A stretch of 18,717 bases of DNA. It comes from a bacterium (GTDB lineage: Bacteria; Arandabacterota; Arandabacteria; Arandabacterales; JALGWA01). Under the pieces are notes generated by a model. It saw only the letters and a list, made by a program, of their open reading frames with translations. It was not told the DNA's origin and made no database searches. Positions 1 to 8,659 of the stretch are shown piece by piece. The stretch spans positions 1 through 18,717 of the forward strand of contig JASFEA010000061.1 in assembly GCA_050125095.1 (NCBI GenBank). Reading direction: 5' to 3'. The position numbers and the translations under genes were made by a program. Within the stretch, counting starts at the first letter, position 1, and the number at the start of each line of letters is the position of its first letter.

Positions 1-1938
1 CCCGCCCGCTGAAGCATAGTCGATGAGATTCCTGCGGTACGTTGACGACTCAACCGGCGAGGTGTCATCGCCCGCCGACCATATGATGAAGTCGTAGTAG
101 GGCCAGGTCAACGGGTCAGTAGCACCGGCAGTTTCAAGAGCCACCCCGTATCCCAGGTTCTCAAGGTCGGCCGCCAGGTCCTGAGCCGACGTGCCGAATA
201 CGGGCATATCAATCGCGGCGTCCCTGTCGGGCGACTTGGAGAGCGCCAGTTTGGACGAATAGTCGTCGATTACGAGTATGTCGCCCGAGGTGGGTTCCAG
301 AACGAAGTTGAAGACGGTGTCCCGGTGAACGTCCGCCAGTATCCTCTCAGTTTTGTAGCCGTAACAGCGAGCGCTTATATCATACTCCCCCTCGGCCACA
401 TCAAGCGCGTACGAGCCGTCGGCCGGGTCTGTGGTGGTGGAGTCGCCCAGGTCCCCGCCCGAGTGATAGCGGGCCTCAACCGCCGCAACGAGCGGGCCCT
501 CTTCATCCGAGGTCACCGTGCCCGTAATCGCCACTCTCTGCGCCGGGGCCAGCTCCACATCGAGCACCGTCGCCGAATCGCCCCCCACCTCCACGCCGGC
601 GAACCGCTTATCTATATGGTCCGGGGCCGCGAATGTGAGCGTGTACGTTCCCGGTTCCAGCAGGCGATGATAGTCGCCGACGTCGGGATCGGTCCTGTCG
701 TCCCAGGCTATACCCTCCACCGTGACGGTGGCGAGAAGCGGCTCCCCCGTCGCCGAGTCGGTCACCGCGCCGCGGACGCCGCGCAGGCAATACTCCAGAT
801 AGGCCACCATGGAGGTGTCGTTCTCGGCCCAGTACTGCGGGAGCTGGGAAGCCGGCGGCCACTTGGTGTTGCTGAGCTCGATGGTTACCTCCATATTGTA
901 TGCGTAGTCGTAGTTCCAGTCCTGCATGCCGCCGTGGACCTCGTACCAGTCCCACCCGTTGGTAATCCCGTAATCGAACGTGGGACTGTTCCACATGGGC
1001 GGGTTGTGATAGGAGTACGCAAGCGACATGCTGATATACAGCGAGTCATCGGGCGCCCGCTGCGAGCGGTTGTCATGCGGGTAATTGACCACAAGCGCAC
1101 CGCCGTGGAAGTTGGCCGAGAGGTCGAAAGACATAGAGTCGGAGAATATCATCACCGCGGCTATCTCGGGCTCGCGGCCCACGGGAGTATTGTAGGGATC
1201 GTCTATGAGGTCGGGAAAAGCCCGGTTGAGGTCCACCCCGTTGGCATTGTAACGGCTCCCGGCGGTGTTGCCGTCGGGATTCATCATGGGCATTATCCAT
1301 ATCTCCACCTCGTCCACCAGCCGCTCCAGCCTGGGGTCGGGCGAGGCGGAGTCGTAGTTGTCCGTAATCCAGTCTATGAATTTGAGGCAGTTCTCCGTGC
1401 CCACGGGCTCATCGCCGTGCATGGTGGAGATGTATTTGAACTCGGGCTCGTTCTCCTCGGCGTCGGGGTTGTCGCTTATCTTGAGAAACCAGAGGTCGCG
1501 GTTCTGAACCGTCTTTCCTATGGATATGAGCCGCGTGATACCCGGATGGTCGGCGGCCACACCCTGCAGGTAAGCCGTCAACTCGGTGTAGTCATGGTAC
1601 TCGTCCTTCTCACCCAGCGCCTCCGCGTCCCTTATGGCGCGCCACATGCGGAGCGCCTGGTTGGGTATGCGCTCGACCTCGAAACCCAGGCCGCGTACGG
1701 TCTCGGCCTCCGAATCGTTTACGTAGGCCCTCACCCAGCCCTCGCCCACCGCGTCAATATCGATTCCGAGCCCCGCCAGTTCATACACATGCGAGTGCTC
1801 GCCTATGGTTATCTCCACCGGGTATCTGTCGGAAAACGGCACGACGTCCGGGTCCTGTACCGCTGCGGATGCGCCCGGACCCGTGAAGACACTCAACAGG
1901 CACGCAGTAGCGAACGCTATGAAATGTGATCTGAACAC
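1..1938 (-). CDS. Secreted M14 family (N/E, CPD-like) zinc carboxypeptidase: signal peptide, putative pro-domain, catalytic domain, two carboxypeptidase-regulatory-like beta domains and a further alpha/beta domain; 3' end lies outside the window
   Basis: Translated by hand: open from GTG at 1938 (AAGGAGG 5 nt upstream) to base 1, 646 codons with no stop. N-terminus MFRSHFIAFATACLLSVFTGPGASA is signal-like. Motifs: YHDYTEL, SIGKTVQNRDLW, EPEFKYISTMHGDEPVG (Zn HxxE), PMMNPDG, RYNANGVDLNRAFP, LSANFHGGALVVNYPHD (third Zn His), GITNGWDWYEVHGGMQDWNY, EVTIELS (catalytic Glu), then GVRGAVTDSATGEPL...GDYHRLLEPGTYTLTF. Confidence 0.92.
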   Translation of the reverse strand, partial: MFRSHFIAFATACLLSVFTGPGASAAVQDPDVVPFSDRYPVEITIGEHSHVYELAGLGIDIDAVGEGWVRAYVNDSEAETVRGLGFEVERIPNQALRMWRAIRDAEALGEKDEYHDYTELTAYLQGVAADHPGITRLISIGKTVQNRDLWFLKISDNPDAEENEPEFKYISTMHGDEPVGTENCLKFIDWITDNYDSASPDPRLERLVDEVEIWIMPMMNPDGNTAGSRYNANGVDLNRAFPDLIDDPYNTPVGREPEIAAVMIFSDSMSFDLSANFHGGALVVNYPHDNRSQRAPDDSLYISMSLAYSYHNPPMWNSPTFDYGITNGWDWYEVHGGMQDWNYDYAYNMEVTIELSNTKWPPASQLPQYWAENDTSMVAYLEYCLRGVRGAVTDSATGEPLLATVTVEGIAWDDRTDPDVGDYHRLLEPGTYTLTFAAPDHIDKRFAGVEVGGDSATVLDVELAPAQRVAITGTVTSDEEGPLVAAVEARYHSGGDLGDSTTTDPADGSYALDVAEGEYDISARCYGYKTERILADVHRDTVFNFVLEPTSGDILVIDDYSSKLALSKSPDRDAAIDMPVFGTSAQDLAADLENLGYGVALETAGATDPLTWPYYDFIIWSAGDDTSPVESSTYRRNLIDYASAGG

Positions 1939-1998
1939 GAATTCCTCCTTTGACGCCTTCTCACGATGTTGCTTCCCTGACGGTGATTACATGAGGGT

Positions 1999-2007
1999 AT
2001 TCTATCA
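1999..2007 (-). promoter_or_regulatory. Putative extended -10 promoter (TGaTAGAAT) for the carboxypeptidase gene
   Basis: Minus strand reads atgTGaTAGAAT, matching TGnTAnnnT, about 60 nt upstream of the GTG in the 120-nt intergenic gap. Only a weak -35 (tggaat) at 17 nt. Confidence 0.45.
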
Positions 2008-2058
2008 CATGAAGAGGCTGAATTCCAGCAGCCAGCCCGGAGGCGCCGGCCCCGGCAC

Positions 2059-3159
2059 TCAGACCTTGATGAGCTGGTACTTGGCGGTGCCCAGGCCCAT
2101 CTTCTCGGCGTACTTGATCTGAACCGTCCAGTCTATTTCCGGATTCACGTCCCTGAGCTTGTCGATTCCCGCCTTGTGCTTTTTGACAGCCGTTCCCCGT
2201 ATGCCTTCCTGCTTGTTTATGAGGTCGGCGGACGCCCTGTCTATGGCCACCGGATCCTTGGAGATCAGGATGCCCACGTCGGGAACGATGCTCGCGTCCG
2301 AGTAGTGATAGCAGTCGCACTGCGGAGAAACGTCCATTATGAAATTGATATACGCTATCTTCCTCTTCTTGGACTTCACCACGCCCGCCGCGTACTCCAC
2401 AATGCGTTTCTGGACGAAGTTGCCGTCCCACTTCCAGTTGATCTTGATCGCGCTCACGGGGCACACCGCTATGCACTCGGCGCAGCCCACGCATATTTCA
2501 TGGTCGATAACCGCCTTCTTGTCCTTGACCTTGATGGCCCTGACCTGGCACCACTGCGTGCATTTGCCGCAGCCGATGCAGGCCTCCGATACCCTCGGCC
2601 GGACGTCGGCATGCATATCCATCTTCCCCGCCCTCGAGCCGCCTCCCATCCCGATGTTCTTGAGCGCGCCGCCCATGCCCGTCAGCTCGTGGCCCTTCAC
2701 ATGCGTGAGCACCAGCAAGGCGTCCGCGCGCGCTATGTCGCTTGCGATCTTGACCTCTTTGAAGAACTTGCCTTTGATGGGGACCGACTCGTAGTTCCCT
2801 CCCTTGAGGCCGTCGGCAATCACGACGGGTACGCCCATTGACGCGTAGGAGAATCCATTCTCCACCGCCGTCTTTATGTGATCAGGGCTGTTGGTGCGGG
2901 TCCCCACATAAAGCGTGTTCGTGTCGGTGAGGAACGGCAGGCAGCCGGTCTTCCTGAACTCGTCAAGAGCGACGCGCACGAATATCGGCCGTATGTAGGA
3001 CGTATTGCCGCGCTCGCCGAAGTGCATCTTCACCGCAAGCAGCTCCCGCTCGCGGGCTATGGAAGTCGCGCGCCCCTTCTTGATGCCCCTGATGAAACGG
3101 TCCATCACCGTGTCCTTCATGTTCGCGCGCATGTCGATGAAATAGACTTTCGAAGCCAC
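2059..3159 (-). CDS. DUF362-domain protein with two ferredoxin-type [4Fe-4S] motifs (uncharacterised Fe-S centre protein)
   Basis: Motifs AVKMHFGERGN, PFLTDTNTLYVGTR, LTHVKGHELTGMGGALKNIGMG, CIGCGKCTQWC, CVGCAECIAVCP, SPQCDC, DPVAIDRAS. GTG start behind GGAGG. Confidence 0.85.
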   Translation of the reverse strand: MASKVYFIDMRANMKDTVMDRFIRGIKKGRATSIARERELLAVKMHFGERGNTSYIRPIFVRVALDEFRKTGCLPFLTDTNTLYVGTRTNSPDHIKTAVENGFSYASMGVPVVIADGLKGGNYESVPIKGKFFKEVKIASDIARADALLVLTHVKGHELTGMGGALKNIGMGGGSRAGKMDMHADVRPRVSEACIGCGKCTQWCQVRAIKVKDKKAVIDHEICVGCAECIAVCPVSAIKINWKWDGNFVQKRIVEYAAGVVKSKKRKIAYINFIMDVSPQCDCYHYSDASIVPDVGILISKDPVAIDRASADLINKQEGIRGTAVKKHKAGIDKLRDVNPEIDWTVQIKYAEKMGLGTAKYQLIKV

Positions 3160-3172
3160 CCTTGACCTCCCT

Positions 3173-4897
3173 TTAAGCTCTCTTCCTGCCGGCTTTGCTC
3201 AGAATCTCCTCGGCGTGGGTGATGGCCGACTCCGACGGCTTGCGCCCGTCGATCATCCTGGCCACTTCCTCTATACGCTGTTTGCCCTCAACCGGAATCA
3301 CGCAGGCGGTAGTCCGCCCCTCGCCTGTCGCCTTTTCCACCTTCAGATGCAGATTCCCGGCGACTGCTATCTGAGGAAGATGGGTTATGCAAATCACCTG
3401 GCGGCTGTCCGCCACCCGGCGCAGCTTTATCGCCACCGTATCGGCCGTCCCGCCCCCTATGCCCGCGTCGATCTCGTCGAATATGAGGGTGCCCACCTCA
3501 TCCACCTCGGCGAGTATGCCCTTCAGAGCCAGCATGACCCTCGAGATCTCCCCGCCCGAGGCGATCCGCCGGAGCGGTAGCAGGTTCTCCCCCGGATTGG
3601 TCCTGACGAAAAACTCTATCTGGTCCAGCCCGTAATCGCCGACCCTGACCGTCCTGCCGTCCGGCGCGCGCACCTCTTCGCCCTCCTCGGTTTCCTCGAA
3701 GACCACCTTGAAGGCGCCGCCTTCAATGCCCAGTACCCGGATCTCTTTCTCCACCATCTTCTCGAACTTCCCGGAGGCCTTCTTCCGCTTCTCCGAAAGG
3801 CTCTGAGCCGCCTCGGCCAGTGCCGAGCTCTTCCTGTCTCTCTCTTCCCTGAGCTCGCCGAGCCGAGCTTCCATCTCCTCGCGGCTATCCAGGCTGTTCT
3901 TCAGCCTCTCGAGGCGCGCGAGCAGGTCGGCTACGTTCTCGCCGTACTTGCGCTTTACGCGCTCGATCTGCATGAGCCGCTCCCTCATTGCCTCGAGATC
4001 AGAGCCCTCCAGGTCAATGCGCGAGATATGCGAGCGTATTTCCTCCGCCACCTCCTTGACTGCCACCTCGGCGCCGTCGAGATTGTCAAGAAGAGGAGCA
4101 AGCGCGGGGTTGAGAGCCGCCAGCTTCTCAAGCAGGTCCCTGGCGCGGGCCAGCAGCTGCACGGCCGAGTCATCTCCATCATAAGTGATTTCAATTGTCT
4201 CGTTGCCGAGCGCCATTATCTTCTCGGCATGCTCCAGCACGTTAAGCTCCGCCTCGAGTTTCTCATCCTCTCCGTCTATCAGATTCAGGGCCGCCAGCTC
4301 GTCGATCTCGAACCTCGTCAGGTCGCGCCTCGACTCGGCCTGCCGTATGTCGTCCTCCAGATTGCCGACTTTCTTCTTAAGGTCGAGGACCTCGCGCCTT
4401 GCGGCTCCCACCCTTTCGCGCTCGCCTTCGAGCCCCGCGAAGGCGTCCAGGAAGTCGACATGCCTGTCGGCCTTGAGCAGGAGCTGATGCTCGTGTTGAC
4501 CGTGGAAGTCCACGAGGGCATCGCCGACGGTCTTCAGCGTCTTGATCGGCACCGACTCGCCGTTGAGCCTGCAGCGCGACCTCCCGCCCCGGGTGAGCTC
4601 CCTGGTGAGGACTATTTCGGAGCCGGCGTCGTCGCGGCTCAGGACTCCGGCCGCAACAAGTCTTCTTGCCGGCGAGCGCGGACCCGACAGGTCAAACCGG
4701 GCTTCCACCCTGCACGAATCGCTTCGCTTGCCGATGATGTCATCCGACACGCGGTCTCCCAGGACGAAGCCCAGGGTACCCAGTATGATGGATTTACCCG
4801 CGCCTGTCTCGCCGGTGAGTATATTGAGGCCGGGGCTGAGTTCGATTCCGACGTCATCGATTATGGCGTAGCCATGTGCGGTAAGTTGGCGAAGCAT
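3173..4897 (-). CDS. recN: DNA repair protein RecN (SMC-like ATPase)
   Basis: Walker A LTGETGAGKS, FHGQHEHQ, long coiled coil, signature ASGGEISRVML, Walker B LIFDEIDAGIGG, VICITHLPQIA; 574 aa. Confidence 0.97.
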   Translation of the reverse strand: MLRQLTAHGYAIIDDVGIELSPGLNILTGETGAGKSIILGTLGFVLGDRVSDDIIGKRSDSCRVEARFDLSGPRSPARRLVAAGVLSRDDAGSEIVLTRELTRGGRSRCRLNGESVPIKTLKTVGDALVDFHGQHEHQLLLKADRHVDFLDAFAGLEGERERVGAARREVLDLKKKVGNLEDDIRQAESRRDLTRFEIDELAALNLIDGEDEKLEAELNVLEHAEKIMALGNETIEITYDGDDSAVQLLARARDLLEKLAALNPALAPLLDNLDGAEVAVKEVAEEIRSHISRIDLEGSDLEAMRERLMQIERVKRKYGENVADLLARLERLKNSLDSREEMEARLGELREERDRKSSALAEAAQSLSEKRKKASGKFEKMVEKEIRVLGIEGGAFKVVFEETEEGEEVRAPDGRTVRVGDYGLDQIEFFVRTNPGENLLPLRRIASGGEISRVMLALKGILAEVDEVGTLIFDEIDAGIGGGTADTVAIKLRRVADSRQVICITHLPQIAVAGNLHLKVEKATGEGRTTACVIPVEGKQRIEEVARMIDGRKPSESAITHAEEILSKAGRKRA

Positions 4898-4924
4898 ATG
4901 TTCTCAAGCGCCCAGGCCGGCGGC

Positions 4925-5809
4925 TCAGGATTTGCGGCGGGTGTCCCCCCACTTGAGCTTCTGCCTGAGGACTTCGTAAAATGACCTGTATCCGGAAAGC
5001 ACCAGTCTCGTCTTGCGCGCCGACCTGGTGAACACAATCTTATCCTGCGACATGAGCTCGAAACCGATCTGCCCGTCGACCGTGAGCTTGATCTCGGGCT
5101 TGCCGTGCACCGAGTCCCCGCTCCAGAGCTCCACTGTCAGGGTCTGGTCGCCGTCGAGTATCATCGGCCTCACGGCCAGCGTATGCGGGCATATGGGCGT
5201 GGAGATTATGGCCTCCATCATGGGATTTACTATGGGTCCCCCGGCGGACAGCGAATAGGCCGTCGAACCCGTCGGCGTCGAGACTATCAGGCCGTCTGCG
5301 ATGAATACGGCCAGGTCGTGGTCGTCCGCCCACATTGTGAGTTCCACGACGCGCGAGAGCGCTCCCTTGTTGATGACTACATCGTTTAAGGCCGTGAAGG
5401 TGCCGACCGGCCTGCCGTCCCTTATGACTTCGGCCTGAATGTTCATCCTGTCTTCCCACCTGTACTTGCCCTTTACGACCTCTCCGAGGGCCTCCTCCAG
5501 CTCGTTTACGCTGATCTCGGTGAGGAAGCCCAGGCTGCCGACATTGACACCCAGTATGGGGGTGAGCCTGTCGCCCACTCCCCTCGCCGCGGTAAGCAGC
5601 GTGCCGTCACCTCCGAGCGCGATAACGAGGTCGGCGCCCTCGCCTATGTCCTCTATGGCGCATGTCCTGCATTCGGGCACCACACCCTCGAGGTCGTCCC
5701 AGGCGATGGCGCTGATGCCCTGCTTGCCCAGCCAGGCGAACAGGTCCTCAAGAACGCCCTTCACCGCCGGCTTCCTGCGGTTGGCGACTATTCCGACCAC
5801 TTCTATCAT
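4925..5809 (-). CDS. nadK: NAD(+) kinase
   Basis: LGGDGTLL, GVNVGSLGFL, ALNDVVI, DGLIVSTPTGSTAYSLSAGGP, PICPH, VDGQ; lies directly upstream of recN. Confidence 0.97.
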   Translation of the reverse strand: MIEVVGIVANRRKPAVKGVLEDLFAWLGKQGISAIAWDDLEGVVPECRTCAIEDIGEGADLVIALGGDGTLLTAARGVGDRLTPILGVNVGSLGFLTEISVNELEEALGEVVKGKYRWEDRMNIQAEVIRDGRPVGTFTALNDVVINKGALSRVVELTMWADDHDLAVFIADGLIVSTPTGSTAYSLSAGGPIVNPMMEAIISTPICPHTLAVRPMILDGDQTLTVELWSGDSVHGKPEIKLTVDGQIGFELMSQDKIVFTRSARKTRLVLSGYRSFYEVLRQKLKWGDTRRKS

Positions 5810-5829
5810 TGGTCTCTCCCGCCCTGCGC

Positions 5830-7722
5830 TCAGGCGCCCCTGGCTTTTTTCGCCGAACGGCCCATCGCGGCGCGAACAGCTCCTGCAATGCCCTCAGCCG
5901 AAAGGCCGAGGTCCTTGAGCAGCTCCGCCCTCGGTGCGTGCTCGACGAACTCGTCCGGGATCCCGATTACCCTGACCGGCGTCGAGACACCTGCCTCGGC
6001 CATGCTCCGTACCACTGCGCTGCCGAAACCGCCCTTCACGCTATTCTCCTCCACCGTAACCACTAGTTCAACCGATTTCGCGGCGCCCGTGATCAGGTCT
6101 TCATCCAGGGGCTTAATGAATCTCGCGTTCACCACGGCGGCGCTTATGCCTTCCCCGTCGAGCACGTCGGCGGCCCCGAGCGAGGGCAGAACCATCGAGC
6201 CGACGGCCACTATCAGGACGTCCCGCCCTTCACGCAGCACTTCCCCCCTGCCTATTTCCAGCCGGCGCAGGGCTCCGTTCTCAGGCACTCCGTAACCGTA
6301 GTCGCGCGGGTATCTCACGGCCGCGGGACCGTTATGCTCTATGGCCGTATTGAGCATGTGGCGGAGCTCGTTCTCGTCCTTGGGAGACATGACCACCAGA
6401 TTCGGGACCATCTTGAGATAGGTGAGGTCGAGTGTCCCGTGATGCGTGGGCCCGTCCTCGCCCACAACCCCGCCGCGGTCGATGGCGAAGGTGACATCGA
6501 GGCCCTGAAGGGCCACATCATGGACTATCTGGTCGATGGCGCGCTGCAGGAAAGTCGAGTATATCGCAACCACCGGCTTCATTCCGGCCCGCGCCAGCCC
6601 CGCCGCGAAAGTCACCGCATGCTGCTCGGCAATGCCCACGTCATAGAAGCGCCCGGGCAACTCCTTCTTGAAACAGGAAAGCCCCGTGCCGTCGGGCATC
6701 GCCGCGGTCACCGCCACCACGTCCTCCCGCATGCGGGCGATCTCGACCAGCGTATCGCCGAAGATCGTAGTGTAGGACGGCACGTCCGACTTCTTCTCGA
6801 GGTCGCCCGTCTGTTTGTCGAACGACCCGATGCCGTGAAACCGGCAGGCGTCCCGCTCGGCATGCGCGTAGCCCTTTCCCTTGGTCGTCACCACGTGAAT
6901 CAACTGAGGTCCCTTGAAATCCTTTATGTCGCCTATGAGATCGATAAGGTCTCCGATATTGTGGCCGTCCACCGGCCCGTAGTATCTGAATCCCAGTTCT
7001 TCGAATAGAACGCCGGGCACCACGAGGTTCTTTAAACTCTCCTTGATGCGGCGCGCCACCCCCCTGGCCCTGCCCCCCACGGCCGGGAACTTGCCCATGA
7101 GCTCATAGACGTCGGCCTCGAAGCGCCGGTAAACCGGCGCCGAGATAAGGCGCGTAAGGTAGGTGGACATGGCGCCCACGTTCTTTGAGATGGACATCCT
7201 GTTGTCGTTGAGGACCACGATGATGTCCTTATTGAGATGCCCCGCCTGATTGAGGCCCTCATAAGCCATGCCGCCGGTGAGAGCGCCGTCGCCTATGACC
7301 GCCACCACGCGGTAGTCCTCGCCTCTGTGGTCGCGCGCGCAGGCCATGCCCAGGGCCGCCGATATGGACGTGCTGGAGTGGCCCGTACCGAAAGCGTCGT
7401 GCTCACTCTCGGTGATCTTGGGGAAGCCGCTTATGCCGCCCCTCGTGCGGAGCGTGTCGAAAGCGTCCCTGCGGCCGGTGAGGAGCTTATGCGCATAGGC
7501 CTGGTGGCCGACGTCCCAGATGATCTTGTCGCGCGGCGAGTCCAGGCAGTAGTGCAGGGCGATGGTGAGCTCAACGGCGCCCAGGCTGGGAGCAAGGTGG
7601 CCGCCCGTCTTCGAAACCACGGAGATGATCCTCTCCCTTATCTCCCCGGCGAGGTCTTCAAGCTCGCCCGGCTCAAGACCCGCAAGGTCCTCGGGCCCGT
7701 TGATACGCTCTAATACAGACGT
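5830..7722 (-). CDS. dxs: 1-deoxy-D-xylulose-5-phosphate synthase; the true start appears to be a non-canonical ACG at 7722 (ORF track starts at internal GTG 7620)
   Basis: GGHLAPSLGAVEL, WDVGHQAY, GHSSTSIS, GDGALTGG...LNDN (TPP motif), GPVDGH, IAEQH, DGPTHHG, RYPR. The DXS-like N-terminus SVLERINGPEDLAGL...LAGEIRERII continues upstream of 7620 to ACG, which sits 7 nt behind GGAGG. In-frame TAA at 7726-7728. Confidence 0.95.
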   Translation of the reverse strand, partial: TSVLERINGPEDLAGLEPGELEDLAGEIRERIISVVSKTGGHLAPSLGAVELTIALHYCLDSPRDKIIWDVGHQAYAHKLLTGRRDAFDTLRTRGGISGFPKITESEHDAFGTGHSSTSISAALGMACARDHRGEDYRVVAVIGDGALTGGMAYEGLNQAGHLNKDIIVVLNDNRMSISKNVGAMSTYLTRLISAPVYRRFEADVYELMGKFPAVGGRARGVARRIKESLKNLVVPGVLFEELGFRYYGPVDGHNIGDLIDLIGDIKDFKGPQLIHVVTTKGKGYAHAERDACRFHGIGSFDKQTGDLEKKSDVPSYTTIFGDTLVEIARMREDVVAVTAAMPDGTGLSCFKKELPGRFYDVGIAEQHAVTFAAGLARAGMKPVVAIYSTFLQRAIDQIVHDVALQGLDVTFAIDRGGVVGEDGPTHHGTLDLTYLKMVPNLVVMSPKDENELRHMLNTAIEHNGPAAVRYPRDYGYGVPENGALRRLEIGRGEVLREGRDVLIVAVGSMVLPSLGAADVLDGEGISAAVVNARFIKPLDEDLITGAAKSVELVVTVEENSVKGGFGSAVVRSMAEAGVSTPVRVIGIPDEFVEHAPRAELLKDLGLSAEGIAGAVRAAMGRSAKKARGA

Positions 7723-7742
7723 GTCTTATCCTCCCGTCGTAA

Positions 7743-8648
7743 TCAGGAGCTCCGGCTTGCCACGAATTCGGCGAGCGCAGCCAGCGGGGCGAATCCCTCG
7801 CCGAGGCCGTCCACCGCCCGCGCGGCATCCGCCACGAGCCCGGCGGCTGCCGCCTTCGACCTCTCAAGGCCGAATACCTTAGGATAGGTGGCTTTGCCCC
7901 TCTCGCCATCGAGGCCCTTTCCCGACTTGAGTTCGCCGAAGCTGCCTTCCTCATCGAGTATATCGTCTATTATCTGGAAAGCCAGGCCGAGCCTGCTGCC
8001 ATAGGCGCTGAGTTTCTCGAGCAGCACATCGTCCGCCCCTGCGGCTATGGCGCCGCATCTGACCGACGCCGTAATCAGTTTCCCGGTCTTGCGGCTGTGA
8101 ATGTACTCCATGAGGCTCTCGTCGACCTGGCGGTTCTCGCATTCCATGTCAAGCACCTGGCCGGCGACCATCCCGTCGCTCCCCGCCGCCTTCGTAATCT
8201 CGGCGGCGATCCGGAGCGCCGTCAAGGGATCCATTAACCTGCCCCCCGCCTCGACCACGAGCTCCATGGCAAAAGTCAGAAGAGCGTCACCCGCCAGCAC
8301 GGCCGTCGCCTCTCCGAACACCTTGTGGCTCGTGGGTTTGCCGCGCCTCATGTCGTCATCATCCATGCAGGGAAGATCGTCGTGGATAAGCGAATACGTA
8401 TGGATGAGCTCGAGCGAGCAGGCCACCGGAAGCACGGCATCTCCCGCCCCCCCGCAGGCTTCATAAGCCGCCATGCAGAACACGGGCCTGATTCTCTTGC
8501 CGCCCGAGAACACGCTGTAGCGCATGGCCCTGTGAAGCGTCTCGGGCCGTGAGTCCTCCGGAGGCAGGTACCTGTCGAGGGCCGCATCGACTCTCTCCCG
8601 TCTGGCGTCCAGGTAGGTCTTGAGGTCAAAGCTCGTGGTTCCGCCCAT
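7743..8648 (-). CDS. ispA: Polyprenyl (farnesyl/geranylgeranyl) diphosphate synthase
   Basis: GGKRIRP, first Asp-rich motif SLIHDDLPCMDDDDMRRGKP, GQVLD, KTG, second motif FQIIDDILD, KATYP; xseB-ispA-dxs synteny. Confidence 0.95.
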   Translation of the reverse strand: MGGTTSFDLKTYLDARRERVDAALDRYLPPEDSRPETLHRAMRYSVFSGGKRIRPVFCMAAYEACGGAGDAVLPVACSLELIHTYSLIHDDLPCMDDDDMRRGKPTSHKVFGEATAVLAGDALLTFAMELVVEAGGRLMDPLTALRIAAEITKAAGSDGMVAGQVLDMECENRQVDESLMEYIHSRKTGKLITASVRCGAIAAGADDVLLEKLSAYGSRLGLAFQIIDDILDEEGSFGELKSGKGLDGERGKATYPKVFGLERSKAAAAGLVADAARAVDGLGEGFAPLAALAEFVASRSS

Positions 8649-8659
8649 ATTGAATCGCC

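Noticed and set aside
325..1929. 534-aa plus-strand ORF
   Set aside because: In-register antisense shadow of the M14 carboxypeptidase. Its Arg/Val/His/Gly-rich composition is typical of reverse-read high-GC codons and it has no recognisable motifs.
2015..2058. GC-rich hairpins after the DUF362 stop as an intrinsic terminator
   Set aside because: The stems (GTGCCG/CGGCGC, GGCTG/CAGCC) are short and lack a U-tract, so a terminator cannot be supported.
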